In this document: in pieces, positions 33,831 to 46,377 of the stretch
Position numbering within the stretch: position 1 is the stretch's first letter
Layout: the number at the start of each line of letters is the position of its first letter
Assembly (NCBI GenBank): GCA_026936335.1
Contig: JAPMXV010000031.1
Location: 310,001 to 374,000, forward strand
Direction: 5' to 3'
Source of the DNA: Mantamonas sphyraenae STR306
Lineage: Eukaryota; Protista; CRuMs
Length of the DNA stretch: 64,000 bases
The notes under the pieces: generated by a model
Database searches by the model: none
What the model was told of the DNA's origin: nothing
Seen by the model: the letters and a program-made list of their open reading frames with translations, nothing else
Made by a program: the position numbers and the translations under genes

Positions 33831-34751
33831 GTGGCCCGATTCGTGGATTTGGGTCGTCTCGCGCGCCATCGACCCCCTCGCCACACCCACCATGCCCCAC
33901 TTTCCCCCCACTGTGCTCCTGCAAGCACACCTTCCACATGCACCCACACGTGCCCTTTCATGTCCCATCTTGGCCATGTGCACAAATGGCAGAGGCGACT
34001 TTGTGCGCACAGGCAGCCACCCCAAAAAAAAAGGTTCGTCAACCCCACACAGCCAGCAACACACGCGTGACAGACTGCATGCCCCCTCCACTCAGTTCCT
34101 GAACATGCCTCGTTCCGCGTGACACTGCACCTTTTGTTTCTGTGCACGCCCCGTGTGTGATTGCGCGAGGGGAAAGGGGTGTGTGTGTGTGCCAGTAGCG
34201 GCAATGCAGGGCAAATCGTGGAATCGTGGCCGCTTCGCCGGACCCCGTTCCTTTGCCAGCTGGCCCCACACCTGCTCCTTGAGCACAAAGCGCATGCGAC
34301 GCAGCGTCACCAGCGCCGCAGCCACACACTTTCCGTGTGCACTGCACGCGTCTGTGTGCCCTGTGGCGTCGGTCCGCGCAGGGTTTTTTCGCCTCGAGCA
34401 AACGGTGCACATGCGCTTCGGCGAGAGGGAAATTCCAAGGGCCGGGCAAACTCGACGCCCCACACGTCGACACAGACATGTGTGTGCGCCGTGCATGGTC
34501 CGTCCGCCTGCGTCAACATACGGGTAGTGCATACACGTCGCCTCGTGTGTCTGCCCGGCCATGCTTGCGGCGCTTGCGTGCAGAGAGTGTGTGGTGGCCG
34601 TTTGCAGCGCTGTCCTTTTTCTCGCAGGCGTGTGTTCTGAGGCGCTGGTGACGAGCGCAGAGCAAGTGGCACGCAAAGCACAACACGCTGACACTCGTCC
34701 CCACACCCATGTGCACATGATCCACAGCAAGAAAACACCCAACGTATCAAC

Positions 34752-35261
34752 ATGTCTGAGACCGAAGTTTTTGATGAGGGCGAGTTTGGCACCGCCGACA
34801 CCGCCTCCAAGACTGTCCCCGCCCAGGCCTCGTCCCTGCGCAAGGGCGGCTTTGTCATGCTGAAGGGCCACCCGTGCAAGATCACGGACATGTCGACCTC
34901 CAAGACCGGCAAGCACGGTCACGCCAAGGTGCACTTCACCGGTGTGGACATCTTCACCAGCAAGAAGTACGAGGCTCTGGAGTCTTCCACCCACAACATG
35001 GAGGTGCCTGTGATCAAGCGCAGCACCTACTCGGTGGTCTCCATGGAGGGTGACTACCTGTGCGTCCTCGACGAGAACAACGAGATGAAGGAGGACCTCA
35101 AGGCACCCGTGGGTGACGAGGAGCTCATGGAGCAGCTCACCAAGTACATGGAGGAGTACGACAACGGTGGAGACCGCGAGCCGCTCGTCGACGTCGTCGC
35201 CGCTCTGGGCGAGGAGGCCGTCGTCAGCGTCAAGCAGGGCACCGAGGGTGGTGCCAACTAA
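34752..35261 (+). CDS. EIF5A: Translation factor eIF5A
   Basis: Hypusination motif STSKTGKHGHAKVH, GHPCKI, THNMEVP. Confidence 0.97.
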   Translation: MSETEVFDEGEFGTADTASKTVPAQASSLRKGGFVMLKGHPCKITDMSTSKTGKHGHAKVHFTGVDIFTSKKYEALESSTHNMEVPVIKRSTYSVVSMEGDYLCVLDENNEMKEDLKAPVGDEELMEQLTKYMEEYDNGGDREPLVDVVAALGEEAVVSVKQGTEGGAN

Positions 35262-35458
35262 ATTGCTTGGTGCGCGCGTGTGGCTGTGTGTGTGTGTGCT
35301 ATGGCAAACACCAACCATTCGCAAACAAAACGCGCCGTCGGCACACCCAGGTTGCGTCTCGCGCAAGGGAGATGGACAATGGAAACACTCCGTGTGGACG
35401 GCATTTCTTCTCTCTTCTCTTTGTTTTCCTGCTTCCTTCCCATCATGCACCAATCACA

Positions 35459-38400
35459 TCAAAACTCCTCGCTACGCGCCACGACCAGGTTCCTGTCGCC
35501 GTACACGTTGTCCACACGCCCCACAGTGGGCCACTTCTTGCCCCTCTGGCGCAAGTACGGCAGCGGGTACCCTGCCTTCTCACGACCATACGGACGATCC
35601 CACGAGTCCGACGTGACCACGCTGAGCGGGTGCGGCGCATGCTTGAGCACGTTGTCGTCCTGCGTGTAGGTGCCCTCCTCAATCTCGCTGATCTCCGCAC
35701 GGATCTGCAGCATGGCGTCGCAGAAGCGGTCCAGCTCGTCCATGGGTTCGCTCTCTGTGGGCTCGATCATCAGCGTGTTGGCCACGGGGAAGGACATGGT
35801 GGGTGCGTGGAATCCATAGTCTGCCAGACGCTTGGCCACATCCTCCGCCATCACACCCGTGCTCTTCTCAAACGGACGCATGTCGATGATAAACTCGTGT
35901 GCACACATGCCCGCTGCGTTGCGGTACAGAATGTCGTACGCTCCCTCCAGACGCTTGGCCATGTAGTTTGCGTTGAGCATGGCCACCGACGACGCCTCCT
36001 TCAACGCCTCGCTGCCCATCATGTTGATGTACATGTAGGAAATGGGCAGGATGCTGGCAGAGCCGTACGGCGTGGCGCTCACGGGGCCCGTGGGGGCGTT
36101 GGCGTCGTGTGTAAACGGATGCGACGGCAGGTACGGCGCAAGATGCTCGGCCACACAGATGGGACCCATGCCCGGGCCGCCTCCGCCGTGCGGGATGCAA
36201 AACGTCTTGTGCAGGTTGAGATGGCACACGTCGGCGCCAATGTCGCCCGGGCTGGTCAGACCCACCTGTGCGTTCATGTTGGCGCCGTCCATGTACACCT
36301 GTCCGCCGTGTTGGTGAATCAGCGCACACGCGTCCTTGATGGTTTCTTCAAACACGCCGTGGGTGCTTGGGTACGTCACCATGAACGCAGCCAGGTTCTC
36401 GCTGTGCTTCTCCACCTTGGCACGCAGGTCTTCCATGTCCACGTTTCCATCCTTGTCGCACGCCACAATCACCGTCTTCATGCCCGCCATGGCTGCACTT
36501 GCTGGGTTGGTGCCGTGCGCAGACACGGGAATCAGGCAGATGTTGCGGTGGCTCTGCTGGTGTGCCTCGTGGTACGACGCAATCGTCAACAGGCCTGCAA
36601 ACTCGCCCTGGGCGCCGCTGTTGGGCTGCAGCGACGTCGAGTGGAACCCGGTGATGTTGGCCAGCTGTGCACTCAGCTGCTCGTGCATCTCCTGGTACCC
36701 CTGCACCTGGTCCGCCGGCTGGAACGGATGGATGTTGCCAAACTCGGGCCACGTCACCGGGATCATCTCGCTCACCGCGTTCAGCTTCATCGTGCACGAC
36801 CCCAGAGGGATCATGGAGGTGTTCAGACCCACGTCCTTGTCCTCCAGGTACTTCAGGTAGCGCATCATCTCCGTCTCGCTGTGGTACGTGTTGAACACGG
36901 GATGAGTCAGGAACTCGGAGGTTCGCTTGAAATCTCCGGAAAACTCAAAGTTGTCCGCGGCAGACGCCACCAGCGCGTCGTTGATGTGCTCGCCGGCCGA
37001 AGGGTCGTTGGTAAAGATGGCCAGCAGGTCGCGCACGTCGTCCACGCCTGCGGTTTCGTCCAGGGAGACGCAGATGGACGCGGTGCCGTCCAGCATGCGC
37101 AGGTTGATGCCGTGTTCCTGAGCACGCTGGATCACCGCCTGGGCGTCTTCGCGCTCCTCAAAGTCCACACGCACGGTGTCAAACACCACCGTGTCAGTGC
37201 GCACGGGCACCTGGTGCTGTGCCAGCGACGTACGCAGCACCTCGGTCAGGCTGTGCACACGCTGTGCAATGTCGCGCAGTCCCTGCGGGCCGTGGTACAC
37301 CGCGTAGTTGGCGGCGATGTTGGCAAGCAGTGCCTGAGCCGTGCAGATGTTGCTCGTGGCCTTTTCACGTCGAATGTGCTGCTCACGCGTCTGCAACGCC
37401 ATGCGCAGTGCAGGCGCACCCGTGCTGTCCTTGCTCAGGCCAATGATGCGTCCGGGCTTGTTGCGCTGGTACTTCTTGCGGCAGGCCAGAAAGGCGGCGT
37501 GCGGCCCTCCGTTGCCCAGCGGCACACCAAAGCGCTGTGCACTGCCAATGGCAATGTCTGCGCCCCATTCGCCCGGCGGCGTCAACACCGTCAGCGCAAG
37601 CAGATCGGTGGCCGCACACACCACGCCGTTGTTGGCGTGCACCGCCTCTGTAATCTCTCGGTACGCCTCCACGCTGCCGTCCGTGGCAGGGTACTGCAGC
37701 AGCACACCTGTGTACGCCGTCTTTTCAAAGTCTGTGGCCATGGCATCGCCCACCACCACCTCGGCACCCACCGCCTTGGCACGCGTCTTGATCAGCGCAA
37801 TCGTTTGCGGGTGCACATTGTCAGCCACAAAGAACGGCGCGTCGCTCTTGCGGTTGATGGCGTACGCCATGTTCATCGCCTCTGCCCCTGCCGTGGCCTC
37901 GTCCTACGTGTGCATGTGTGCATGTGTGAGTGTGTGTGTCGCTGTGTGAGTCATTCCTTGCCTCCTGCCAGGCCGCTTTTCTGCCCCTCACTCCACTCCG
38001 GGAAAAAGCACGCGAACTTTTCCGGTTTGGCGAAGGGGCCCCACGTCAGCGAGGCACACACACACAACTCACCAGCAATGAAGCGTTGGAAATCTCCATG
38101 GCAGTCAGGTCGCTGACCACCGTCTGAAAGTTGAGCAGGCTCTCGAGGCGTCCCTGCGAGATCTCCGCCTGGTAGGGCGTGTACGCCGTGTACCAGCCCG
38201 GATTTTCCAGCAGATTGCGCAGAATCACCGCAGGCGTGACTGTGCCGTAGTAGCCCTGTCCAATGTAGTTGCGCATGATCTGTGTCCCATACACGCATGA
38301 TTGTATGTTTGTATGCGTCAGTGTTGGCTCGTCGTTCTGCGTGGAAAACACGGCAACCTCGCCGCTGTTCGCATTTGACAGGATCCCCCACGTCACGTCA

Positions 38401-38877
38401 CATCGCACACAAGACACACAGACACAGAGACAGACACACACAGAGACAAGCAGACAGGCAGACACTCACCTTGTTCTGGGATGCCATCTGCTTCAGCTTG
38501 GCCAGGAAGTGGGCCTCACCCTGGGGCTCCCCGATGGACAGGGGCTGAGCGCGACGGATGTGCTTGGGCACCGCCTTGTCCAGGAAGGCGTCGAGATCCT
38601 TGAACCCCAGCGTGTCGAGCATGTGTGCCTTTTCCTCTGGGCTGGGACCGATGTGTCGTCGCGGGAATGAGTCCAGGGGCTGCGAGAGGGAAGCCACGGT
38701 GGTGGTGGCGTTGCTTGCTGCTGCCAGCACCGATGCCCTGGAGGCCACAGAGCGCACAGAGGGCGACACACGTGCAGAAACCACACTGGACACACCGCCA
38801 CTGCTGCGAGTGACCACAGTCATGGCACGTGTGGCACAGCCGGCAGACTTGAATGTACGCGAGGTGCGGGAAAACAT
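35459..38877 (-). CDS. GLDC: Glycine dehydrogenase (decarboxylating), glycine cleavage P protein, multi-exon
   Basis: Mitochondrial presequence, [84 protein letters not shown]. Confidence 0.97.
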
Positions 38878-39085
38878 TTCGGAAGCTTGCTGAGTCGGGG
38901 GTGGGGGGGGGCTTTCTCCGGGATGGGTGCGACGGCGCATTTTTGTTCACGGAACCTTTTGTCAGAGAGAGAGAGAGTGTGTGTGTGATTGTGTGCAGAA
39001 TGCACTGTATGGTGGGTCCTGTTCTCATCCATGGCATGTGCTCCTTGCTCCTGCTCCGCCAACCCCGAACCACATCCCGCTGTCG

Positions 39086-40789
39086 ATGTCGTCGTCGTCG
39101 TCCAACAACAACGCCTCCACCGTTCCCGTCTACTCTGACGTGGCCACTGTATACGAGGGTGCCCCCGAGGAGGATCTCCAGGCGAATGTGGCTCGATACG
39201 ACGCCATCCAGGAACAGGCTGGCGACACACACGTGGACTTTTTCGCACGCGCCCCAGGACGTGTCAACCTCATTGGCGAACATGTGGACTACATGGGAGT
39301 ACGTGCATCCATCTCTTTCACTCTGAGTGTGTGTGTGGGGAGGGGGGGCATGCTGGTTCCACGTGTGTGACGCTCGTTCCATCCCAGATTCTGACACACA
39401 AACAACCTGCAGTACGGTGTCTTGCCCATGGCCATTGTCAACGATGTGGTCATTGGTGTACACATGGACCCACAAAGCGACACACTGGCCATCCACAATA
39501 TGGATTCGGAGGCGTATGCGTCGCTGACGACGGACAAGAACGTCACCCAAGAAGACATTGACGCCTCCAAACACGTTTGGACAAACTATGCCCTTTGCGG
39601 CTACCTGGGAGTGTTGGAGTATGCACGCACACAAGCAAACCACGATCAGGAGGAGGAAGAGGAGGATGGGAATGGCAGCAACAGCAGCAGCAAGGGTCCA
39701 CCTGGGATGATCTGGTGGGTGCACGGGACCGTTCCCATTGGCTCCGGTCTCAGCTCATCGTCTGCGCTTGTGTGTGCCTCTGCCCTTGCCACTGCACATG
39801 CCATGCAGCTGTCGCTGAGCCAAACCCAACTGGCAGCGCTTTGTGGCGCGGCCGAACGCTACGTGGGAGTGCAGGGCGGGGGCATGGACCAAGCCATCTC
39901 CTTCCTGGCCAAACCAGACACAGCCATGAATGTGGAGTTCCAACCTGAGTTGCATGTGGCCGCAGAGGTGCCTCTGCCACGGGGACTCGCCTGGGTGGTG
40001 GCCCATTCCCAGGTCACTGCAAACAAACACGTCTCTGCAGGCTCCGGATACAACAAACGAGTGGTCGAGTGTCGCCTCGCGGCCATGTTGCTGCTGCTTG
40101 GCCATCCAGAGTGGACCACCAGCACCACCACGGACGACGACGACAAGGTGGTGGTGGATGGCGTGCCCGTTGTTCACACCCTGCGCGACGTCCACCTCCT
40201 TGCCAACGCTGCCGCAACACACCCGTCCACAGTCACCTTGGATGACATGGCCCAACATGTCAAGGACACACTGCACGAGGAACCCTACACCACCCAGGAA
40301 CTTGCCCAGCTCTTCCAACTCGATGCAGCCACCTTTCGTGCCCGTCATGTCGATGTGGCCTGTCCCATCGATGGTGACTCCTTTTCCCTTCACTCCCGTG
40401 CCCTCCACGTCTTCCAGGAAGCCCTCCGTGTCCACCAATTCCGCGATCTGTGTCTTGCGGAGCAGCAGGACGACGCCCTCCCATCTGCCCTCGGTGCTCT
40501 CCTCGACGCCAGTCACCACAGCCTGGCCCATCTCTACGACGTCTCCTGTTCTCAGCTGGACACTCTCACGGCACTCGCACGCAAGGCAGGTGCACACGGC
40601 TCCAGACTCACCGGCGCTGGCTTTGGCGGATGCACCGTCTCACTGGTGGACCTTGACAATGTCCAGGACTTTATCCAAGCCTTGGACAGCCAATTTTACG
40701 ATGGCAATGCCCATCCGGGGGTCCTCTTTGCCACAGGGGCCATGGGAGGCGCTGCTGTGGTGCAGCCAAAGCAAACTCAGTCCCCGTAG
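39086..40789 (+). CDS. GALK2: Galactokinase / N-acetylgalactosamine kinase (GHMP kinase), 2 exons
   Basis: RAPGRVNLIGEHVDYMG|YGVLPMAI, PIGSGLSSSSA, GGGMDQAIS, YNKRVVECRLAA, GSRLTGAGFGGC. Confidence 0.92.
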
Positions 40790-41070
40790 GTGGCTTGTCC
40801 ACGTCCATTCTCCTCCAACACCACCTTTGGTCATCCACTTGTCTCTTGACTTGCCCCATGGTGCATTGCATGGCCAGCAGCGACGTTGTCTTTGCCTGCA
40901 ACGGCCTTCCGCCAGGGCCGTTTTCCCTTTTCGAAACGAACCCAAGCACCGATGTTTCCCATCAATCCGCCCCTGCACACGCCCGTCTGCAGCCACGCAC
41001 ACCACCGGCTGCCGCTCACACCTCCACGGTGCCCTTTTGTACACACTTGCTTACCTGCCGTACAGACGCC

Positions 41071-41337
41071 ATGCCCAAGTCGCTCTCGCAGGCCGGAGTC
41101 GTTCTGGGCATCACCACGTGCCTCCTGGCCGCGTTTTTCTACTGGGCCGCGTTTGACGCCGCCTCCACCATGGGCGAGGCCACAGGCTTCGCCTACATCC
41201 GCAACGTTGCCTCCACAAACCAACACGTGTGCGCAACCCTCTTTATGTTTGCCGCCATGTTTGTCTTTACCGTCAACCGCCGCTACGTGCCCGTCGACGA
41301 TTTCCTCTTTGACCGCGAGACCACCAAGGACGACTGA
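41071..41337 (+). CDS. Small hypothetical membrane protein (start uncertain, may extend upstream)
   Basis: Two hydrophobic segments (VVLGITTCLLAAFFYWAAF; VCATLFMFAAMFVFTV) and coding-like codon usage. Confidence 0.5.
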   Translation: MPKSLSQAGVVLGITTCLLAAFFYWAAFDAASTMGEATGFAYIRNVASTNQHVCATLFMFAAMFVFTVNRRYVPVDDFLFDRETTKDD

Positions 41338-41409
41338 GTTCTTGTCTCTCTTTACAGCAAATGTACACACACACACGCACACACACACACACCTCACCGA
41401 CCTCCCCGT

Positions 41410-43337
41410 TCACAGACTCCCAGACTGCCAGGCGGTCAATTCTTGCATCGCCTGTGCCTGAAACTCGTACTTGCTGACCATGTCCTCCAGGGGTTCGTTG
41501 GCGAAAAAGGTGTTTGTCTTTCCACTGTTGCTGCTGGTCTTGCAGCTCTGACAGATGACCATGCCACGCTCGTCGCGATCCTGTTCCGCACAGGACCTGC
41601 AGAAGCAATGGCCGCACGGCACCAACGTCACCGGGTTGCGATACAGTTGCATGCAGTTGAGACACGTCAGCGACGCCTGCATGGCATCCATGCTCACGTT
41701 GATCTTTGCCAACGAGTCGCGAAACACCTTTTCCTTTGCCGCAAGCTCCTCCATCCGGCTGCCATAGCCCATGTACTCCTTCAGCTTCTCCGATGCCTCT
41801 TCATAGTTGCGATTCACCTCGTCCAGCTGTGTTTTGAGCGATTCCATGCGTGCCACACTCGTCTGTTGGATCGCCTCCAGCTTGCCATCCCTGTGACTCA
41901 GTTCCAACTCCACACGCTCCTTCTCCACCTTCAGTGCCTCCTGTGCCTCTTTCAACTTTTCCTTCACCTTCATCCCCTCCTTTCTGCTCTCCCGTACCTG
42001 CTGCCGCAGCTTCTCGTTGTTCTCCATGGCCTCCGCCAGTTCACGTCGCACCTCTGTCCTGTCCTTCAGTGCGTTGCTCAGCTCGTCCTTCTTGTGCACC
42101 AGTGACCTCTCTGCCGCCCCCTGTTCACTCTTGCTCTCCTCCAGCAGGCCCTGAAGACGTGCAATCTCCTGTCGCAACTCCTCCACCTCCTTGCCCTGTG
42201 TCTCTGCCTCTGCCACCGCCTTGTCCCTTGCCTCCCGCATCATTTCCACCTCTGCCTTTGCCAGTGCCACCTCCTTGCGTGCTGCATCCCGCTCTGCGCT
42301 CACCGTATCGATGAAACTCTGCTGCTGGTAGCTCTTTGTCACCGTGTGTTCCAGAATCCCCGACGTGCTCTTGATCTTCTCCTTGTGTGTGCGCACCTCG
42401 TCCACCAACAGTCTGTTCTCCTCCTGCTGCTCACGCAGCTGGTTTCGCACCGTCTTGAGCGTTGCGTTCGACCCTTCAAACCGTGCCTCCAGCATGTCGT
42501 ACTGTTTCTTTTGCTGCTTCACCAGCCCCTTGAGACGTGTCACCTCCATGTTGCTCTTGTCCAGGTTCAATTGCAACCCAATGATCTTTTCCTCCGCCTC
42601 CCCGTGCGCCTTGATTTCCTTGCTCAGCGCACGCTTCGTTTGCTCCCCCTGGCTGCTCTTGTCCTTCATCTCCTCACGCACTTTGCGCAGCTGTTCCCTC
42701 AACTCGTCGTTCTCTCTGTTCATGTCTTCCAACGCCCCAATGTTCACCTTGGCTTGCTTCAGCTGCTTCCGCAGCGTTCCAATCACATCCCTGTCGCTCG
42801 CCCAGTCGTCACTCAGTCGTTCAAAGTTCCTCTGAATGGCATCAATCGTAATGTTTCTGTTCACCAACTGCCTCGCCTGCTCCTCCAGCCGCGCTTGCAA
42901 TGCTTCAATCACCTCCCGGTCCGATTGGGCCAGATGACCACGTTCCCCTTCCCCGCGGTGGCCCTCCTGCACCAGCTGCTCCGAAGCACGCTCCAGCGAC
43001 GACACAAAGTCTGACGTTGGGCATCCGTGCATACAGTGTGAGTGTCATTCCGTGCCGATGAGTGTCGTGGCGCTTGCAAATCGCTCGTTCCTCGGCCAAA
43101 TGGGGCTCAGGCGACCGTTGCCCGACACACTGGACACCACCCACCCTCACGCACCCACACATCCTGTCCAAAAAAAAAAAACTCACTCGTTACGGATCCA
43201 CTCGAGCTACGGCGTCTCTCGTCCTCCTCTTCCTGTCCCTTTACCTGCTGCACGCTGTCCTTGGAGGTCCCACGACGAGGCGATCTCGATGCACGGATGT
43301 ACGCCAGCGTCGACTTGCTTCCCGCGCTCTGTGGCAT
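41410..43337 (-). CDS. Coiled-coil protein with C-terminal C3HC4 RING finger (putative E3 ligase)
   Basis: Long heptad region, then CLNCMQLYRNPVTLVPCGHCFCRSC...CQSC. A probable exon 1 (MPQSAGSK..., donor GTGAGT) joins in phase 1. Confidence 0.82.
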
Positions 43338-43469
43338 CCCGTCAGCAATGGAAAGACACGGAGGGATTCCATACGTGTCAGACAGAGACTCACACCACTC
43401 ACTGGGGATTGGGATTGGAGGATAAAGGATGGCGTACCATGGAAACCTGTAGTCTTTGTTGCTCTCGCG

Positions 43470-46337
43470 TCAAATTGCCTCGTGGTTGACTTTGCCAAAC
43501 AGTGACACAAACTCAGACATATCCACAGGCAGGTCTGGCTGGTAAGCAGCACTGAGACCGGCCTGGATGAGCTGGAGCGTGCGCATGCCCGACCCAGTGA
43601 GGGGTTTCACCGCTTCGTACACCATGGCTGCTGTCACTGGTGCCTCCAGACTCGCCACGGCACTGTACACGCGTGCATTGCAGCTTTGGATGTGTTGGAT
43701 CACTCTCCACCGCAGCACATGGGCAAAGCGCAGGCTGGGAAGCTGCTGCGCACGCACAAGCTGGCCAGGAATGGCCACCACCAGACTGCGGATCTCGTCC
43801 TTGGACCAGGAAGGGAGCAACACACACAGCTGTTCGTTGAAACTGCGCTTCTTCACCCTGCCTTGTCCGTCCTGGTCCATCGCTGTGCACATGCTCTGCA
43901 CACGTGCCATCTGCACGTTCATCTCCCACACCGCAGATACACTCAGACGCTCCTGCAGCACAGCCAGAAACATCGCTGCCTCACTGTGCTTGTGCTGCAC
44001 GCTTTCCAGACTCGCCACCATGTTGCTCATCGTGTGCTGCGCCCCACGACGACTCGGTTTGGAACTCGTTTGCACAGCCACCAGATGTGCCATCGCGTCG
44101 TCTGCAAACCCACTGCTCTCTCCCACCGCACGTGCCATTTCCTGTGCCGTCTGCCTGTCCCTTCGCATCGCCTCTTCCAACACCTTGCGCTTCCTCGCCG
44201 CCGCCTTTTTCCCGCCTCGTTTCTTGCTCACTCCCTGTGCCTTTCCTTTGCCACTGTGGCTGCTACTGTTGCTACTGTTGCTACTGCTGCTGCTGCTGCC
44301 ACCCCCATCCATCGCAGCTTCCTTGTCCTGCATGTGTGGCTGATCTTTTGGCCACACGACATAGTCCTTGTCCAACAAGCCCACCTCCTCTTTGCTGGGC
44401 CACACTTCTCTCATCTCCAACCCCAACGCCTCCATCTTTAGCGCACTCACGTCTCGCAACATGTCCAACACCTGCTCCACCTCCAGCCTGCGGTTGGCCA
44501 TCACATCGCTTGTGCGCAGCCACATCGGCGCCTGTGGAACATCTCCCCATCCCACAATCGAGGGTGCATCCACCCACATTGAATCTCCACCTGCGATTGC
44601 ACCTCCGCTTTCGTGTGAGCCTCCACTGGCAACGGAACTCAGCGACAGCCTCTTCATGGGCGATCCAACACTCTCTGTCGTCTCCACATTCAGCCCCTGT
44701 CCACACGCCATGTCGACCAAATCGCGCATCACAGCAAGCGTGGATCCCTCTCCGGCCAGCTGAGGCAATCGGGAAAACACTTCGGCCTCGTGATCTGGAC
44801 GAGGCGTCAACGATGGCATCTGCTCCTTCAGAGCATCCAACTCTGCCTGCAATGCCTCGCTGTGTGACGTCAACTCGCGTGTGCGATTGCGATGCGCACG
44901 CAACGCGTTGTCCTTTGCCAGCAGCTGCGCTTTGACCAGATTCAGATTCTTGCGCGTATTTTCAAGCTCCTGCAATGGCACCAGCTCCTTTGTTTCGTAT
45001 CTCAGTTGTGACAGCGCCTCCATACTCTCTGCCAGCTGTTCGTTGAGCCGCGTGATCGCCGCCTGCTTGTGTTCCACCTGCTGTTTGCCCTCGTGGTACT
45101 GTTCCCGCATCTCGTCCACCTTGCGCAAGGCTCCCACGTGTTTCAGTTGCAACTGATGAAACGCATCGCTCAATCGTTCGTGTTCCGTCTCCCGCCTGGC
45201 CAACTCCTCCTTGTGTGACTCGGCCAGCTTTGTCAGTGCCTCGATTGTCTGTTGGTGTTCCTCCGACGTCCGTGCCATCGACGCCGCGTTCTTGTCCAAC
45301 AGCGTCACCCTTTGGCTAAACTCCACACCCATACGTGCCAGCCGCGACTGCGTCTCCTCCTTCTGCCTGTGCAACTCCATCTTGTCCTGTTCCAGCCTCT
45401 GACACAGTGCATAGTACGGCTGTCGGCTGTAGTATGGCGCCTGTGACGACGACGTTGTGTGCGACCGTGTATAAATAACCTCTTGCAGCACCTCCTGCAG
45501 TCGTGTCAGGAACTGCTTCGTCTCCCCGTCCGTTTCCTCCACAAACTCGCCAAACACACCCCACACAGCGTGCAGCGTCTCCACAGGCAGATCTTGCTGG
45601 CCCAATTCCACATCCGTCAGCAGATCACAAAGACGCTGGTCAAGCGCGAGTGTTGTCGAGCGGAATTTGGAGGTGGAGGTGGTTCCCCCGCCTCCACCGT
45701 CCCCGCCCTGTGTGCTCTTCTTTGGGCTCGGTTTCTTCTTCTTGCTCAACACCGCCCTCCTCTTGCTGCCCCCTACAATGTCTCCCGGAGTGTAGAACGA
45801 GTTGGTGACTGTCGACCAGCGCTGCTGCGGGCTGTTTTGCGCGTGCCGCAGCGCCAACGTGGTCGACTCGCTTTCAGGCCGCTCCAAATCATCCATCCAC
45901 GATTCCACAGCCTCCTCACGCTCCTCATGCAGCGAACGCACATCGTGTCGACTTCCAGACGCAGACTGTGCTCGTTCCAAGATCTGCTCCACGCTCAGGG
46001 GCGACGCCTTGATGGGCCTGCCGTCTGGTGTGCGAAACCCGGGCGACGGACGGTAGTTGGCCAATGCCTGCACACTCTTGGCACGCTTGGACATGGATTG
46101 CGATGTGGAAGAGCGTTTGAAGCCCGACGATGACGATGGTGACGTTGTGGACGAGCCAAACGTCTCGGCAAAAGTCTTGCCCTTCCGCAGCCGTCGCACC
46201 CCAGGGCTGCCCCCGCCACCTTCACCACGGTTGCTCCCGGGAGATGAGTCACTCCCCATTATGAATTGGTTCACACGAGCCACCTGCCAATCAAAGTCCT
46301 CGCCGTTGTCATCCATGATGTTGTTTGCACGCGCCAT
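43470..46337 (-). CDS. Coiled-coil protein, TSNAXIP1-like (possibly ciliary)
   Basis: Long ORF with VWGVFGEFVEE, central coiled coil and LTPRPD motif reminiscent of TSNAXIP1. Start codon uncertain. Confidence 0.6.
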   Translation of the reverse strand: MARANNIMDDNGEDFDWQVARVNQFIMGSDSSPGSNRGEGGGGSPGVRRLRKGKTFAETFGSSTTSPSSSSGFKRSSTSQSMSKRAKSVQALANYRPSPGFRTPDGRPIKASPLSVEQILERAQSASGSRHDVRSLHEEREEAVESWMDDLERPESESTTLALRHAQNSPQQRWSTVTNSFYTPGDIVGGSKRRAVLSKKKKPSPKKSTQGGDGGGGGTTSTSKFRSTTLALDQRLCDLLTDVELGQQDLPVETLHAVWGVFGEFVEETDGETKQFLTRLQEVLQEVIYTRSHTTSSSQAPYYSRQPYYALCQRLEQDKMELHRQKEETQSRLARMGVEFSQRVTLLDKNAASMARTSEEHQQTIEALTKLAESHKEELARRETEHERLSDAFHQLQLKHVGALRKVDEMREQYHEGKQQVEHKQAAITRLNEQLAESMEALSQLRYETKELVPLQELENTRKNLNLVKAQLLAKDNALRAHRNRTRELTSHSEALQAELDALKEQMPSLTPRPDHEAEVFSRLPQLAGEGSTLAVMRDLVDMACGQGLNVETTESVGSPMKRLSLSSVASGGSHESGGAIAGGDSMWVDAPSIVGWGDVPQAPMWLRTSDVMANRRLEVEQVLDMLRDVSALKMEALGLEMREVWPSKEEVGLLDKDYVVWPKDQPHMQDKEAAMDGGGSSSSSSNSSNSSSHSGKGKAQGVSKKRGGKKAAARKRKVLEEAMRRDRQTAQEMARAVGESSGFADDAMAHLVAVQTSSKPSRRGAQHTMSNMVASLESVQHKHSEAAMFLAVLQERLSVSAVWEMNVQMARVQSMCTAMDQDGQGRVKKRSFNEQLCVLLPSWSKDEIRSLVVAIPGQLVRAQQLPSLRFAHVLRWRVIQHIQSCNARVYSAVASLEAPVTAAMVYEAVKPLTGSGMRTLQLIQAGLSAAYQPDLPVDMSEFVSLFGKVNHEAI

Positions 46338-46377
46338 CGCACCCCACCGAATCAAGCGAAGTTTCTGTTGTCCATCC

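Noticed and set aside
34380-34440. Possible stem-loop (TCGCC/GGCGA with G-U extension) upstream of eIF5A
   Set aside because: Short and expected by chance in GC-rich DNA; no other support.
35267-38116. 949-aa + strand ORF
   Set aside because: Antisense shadow of GLDC caused by GC-rich codon bias; no recognisable motifs.
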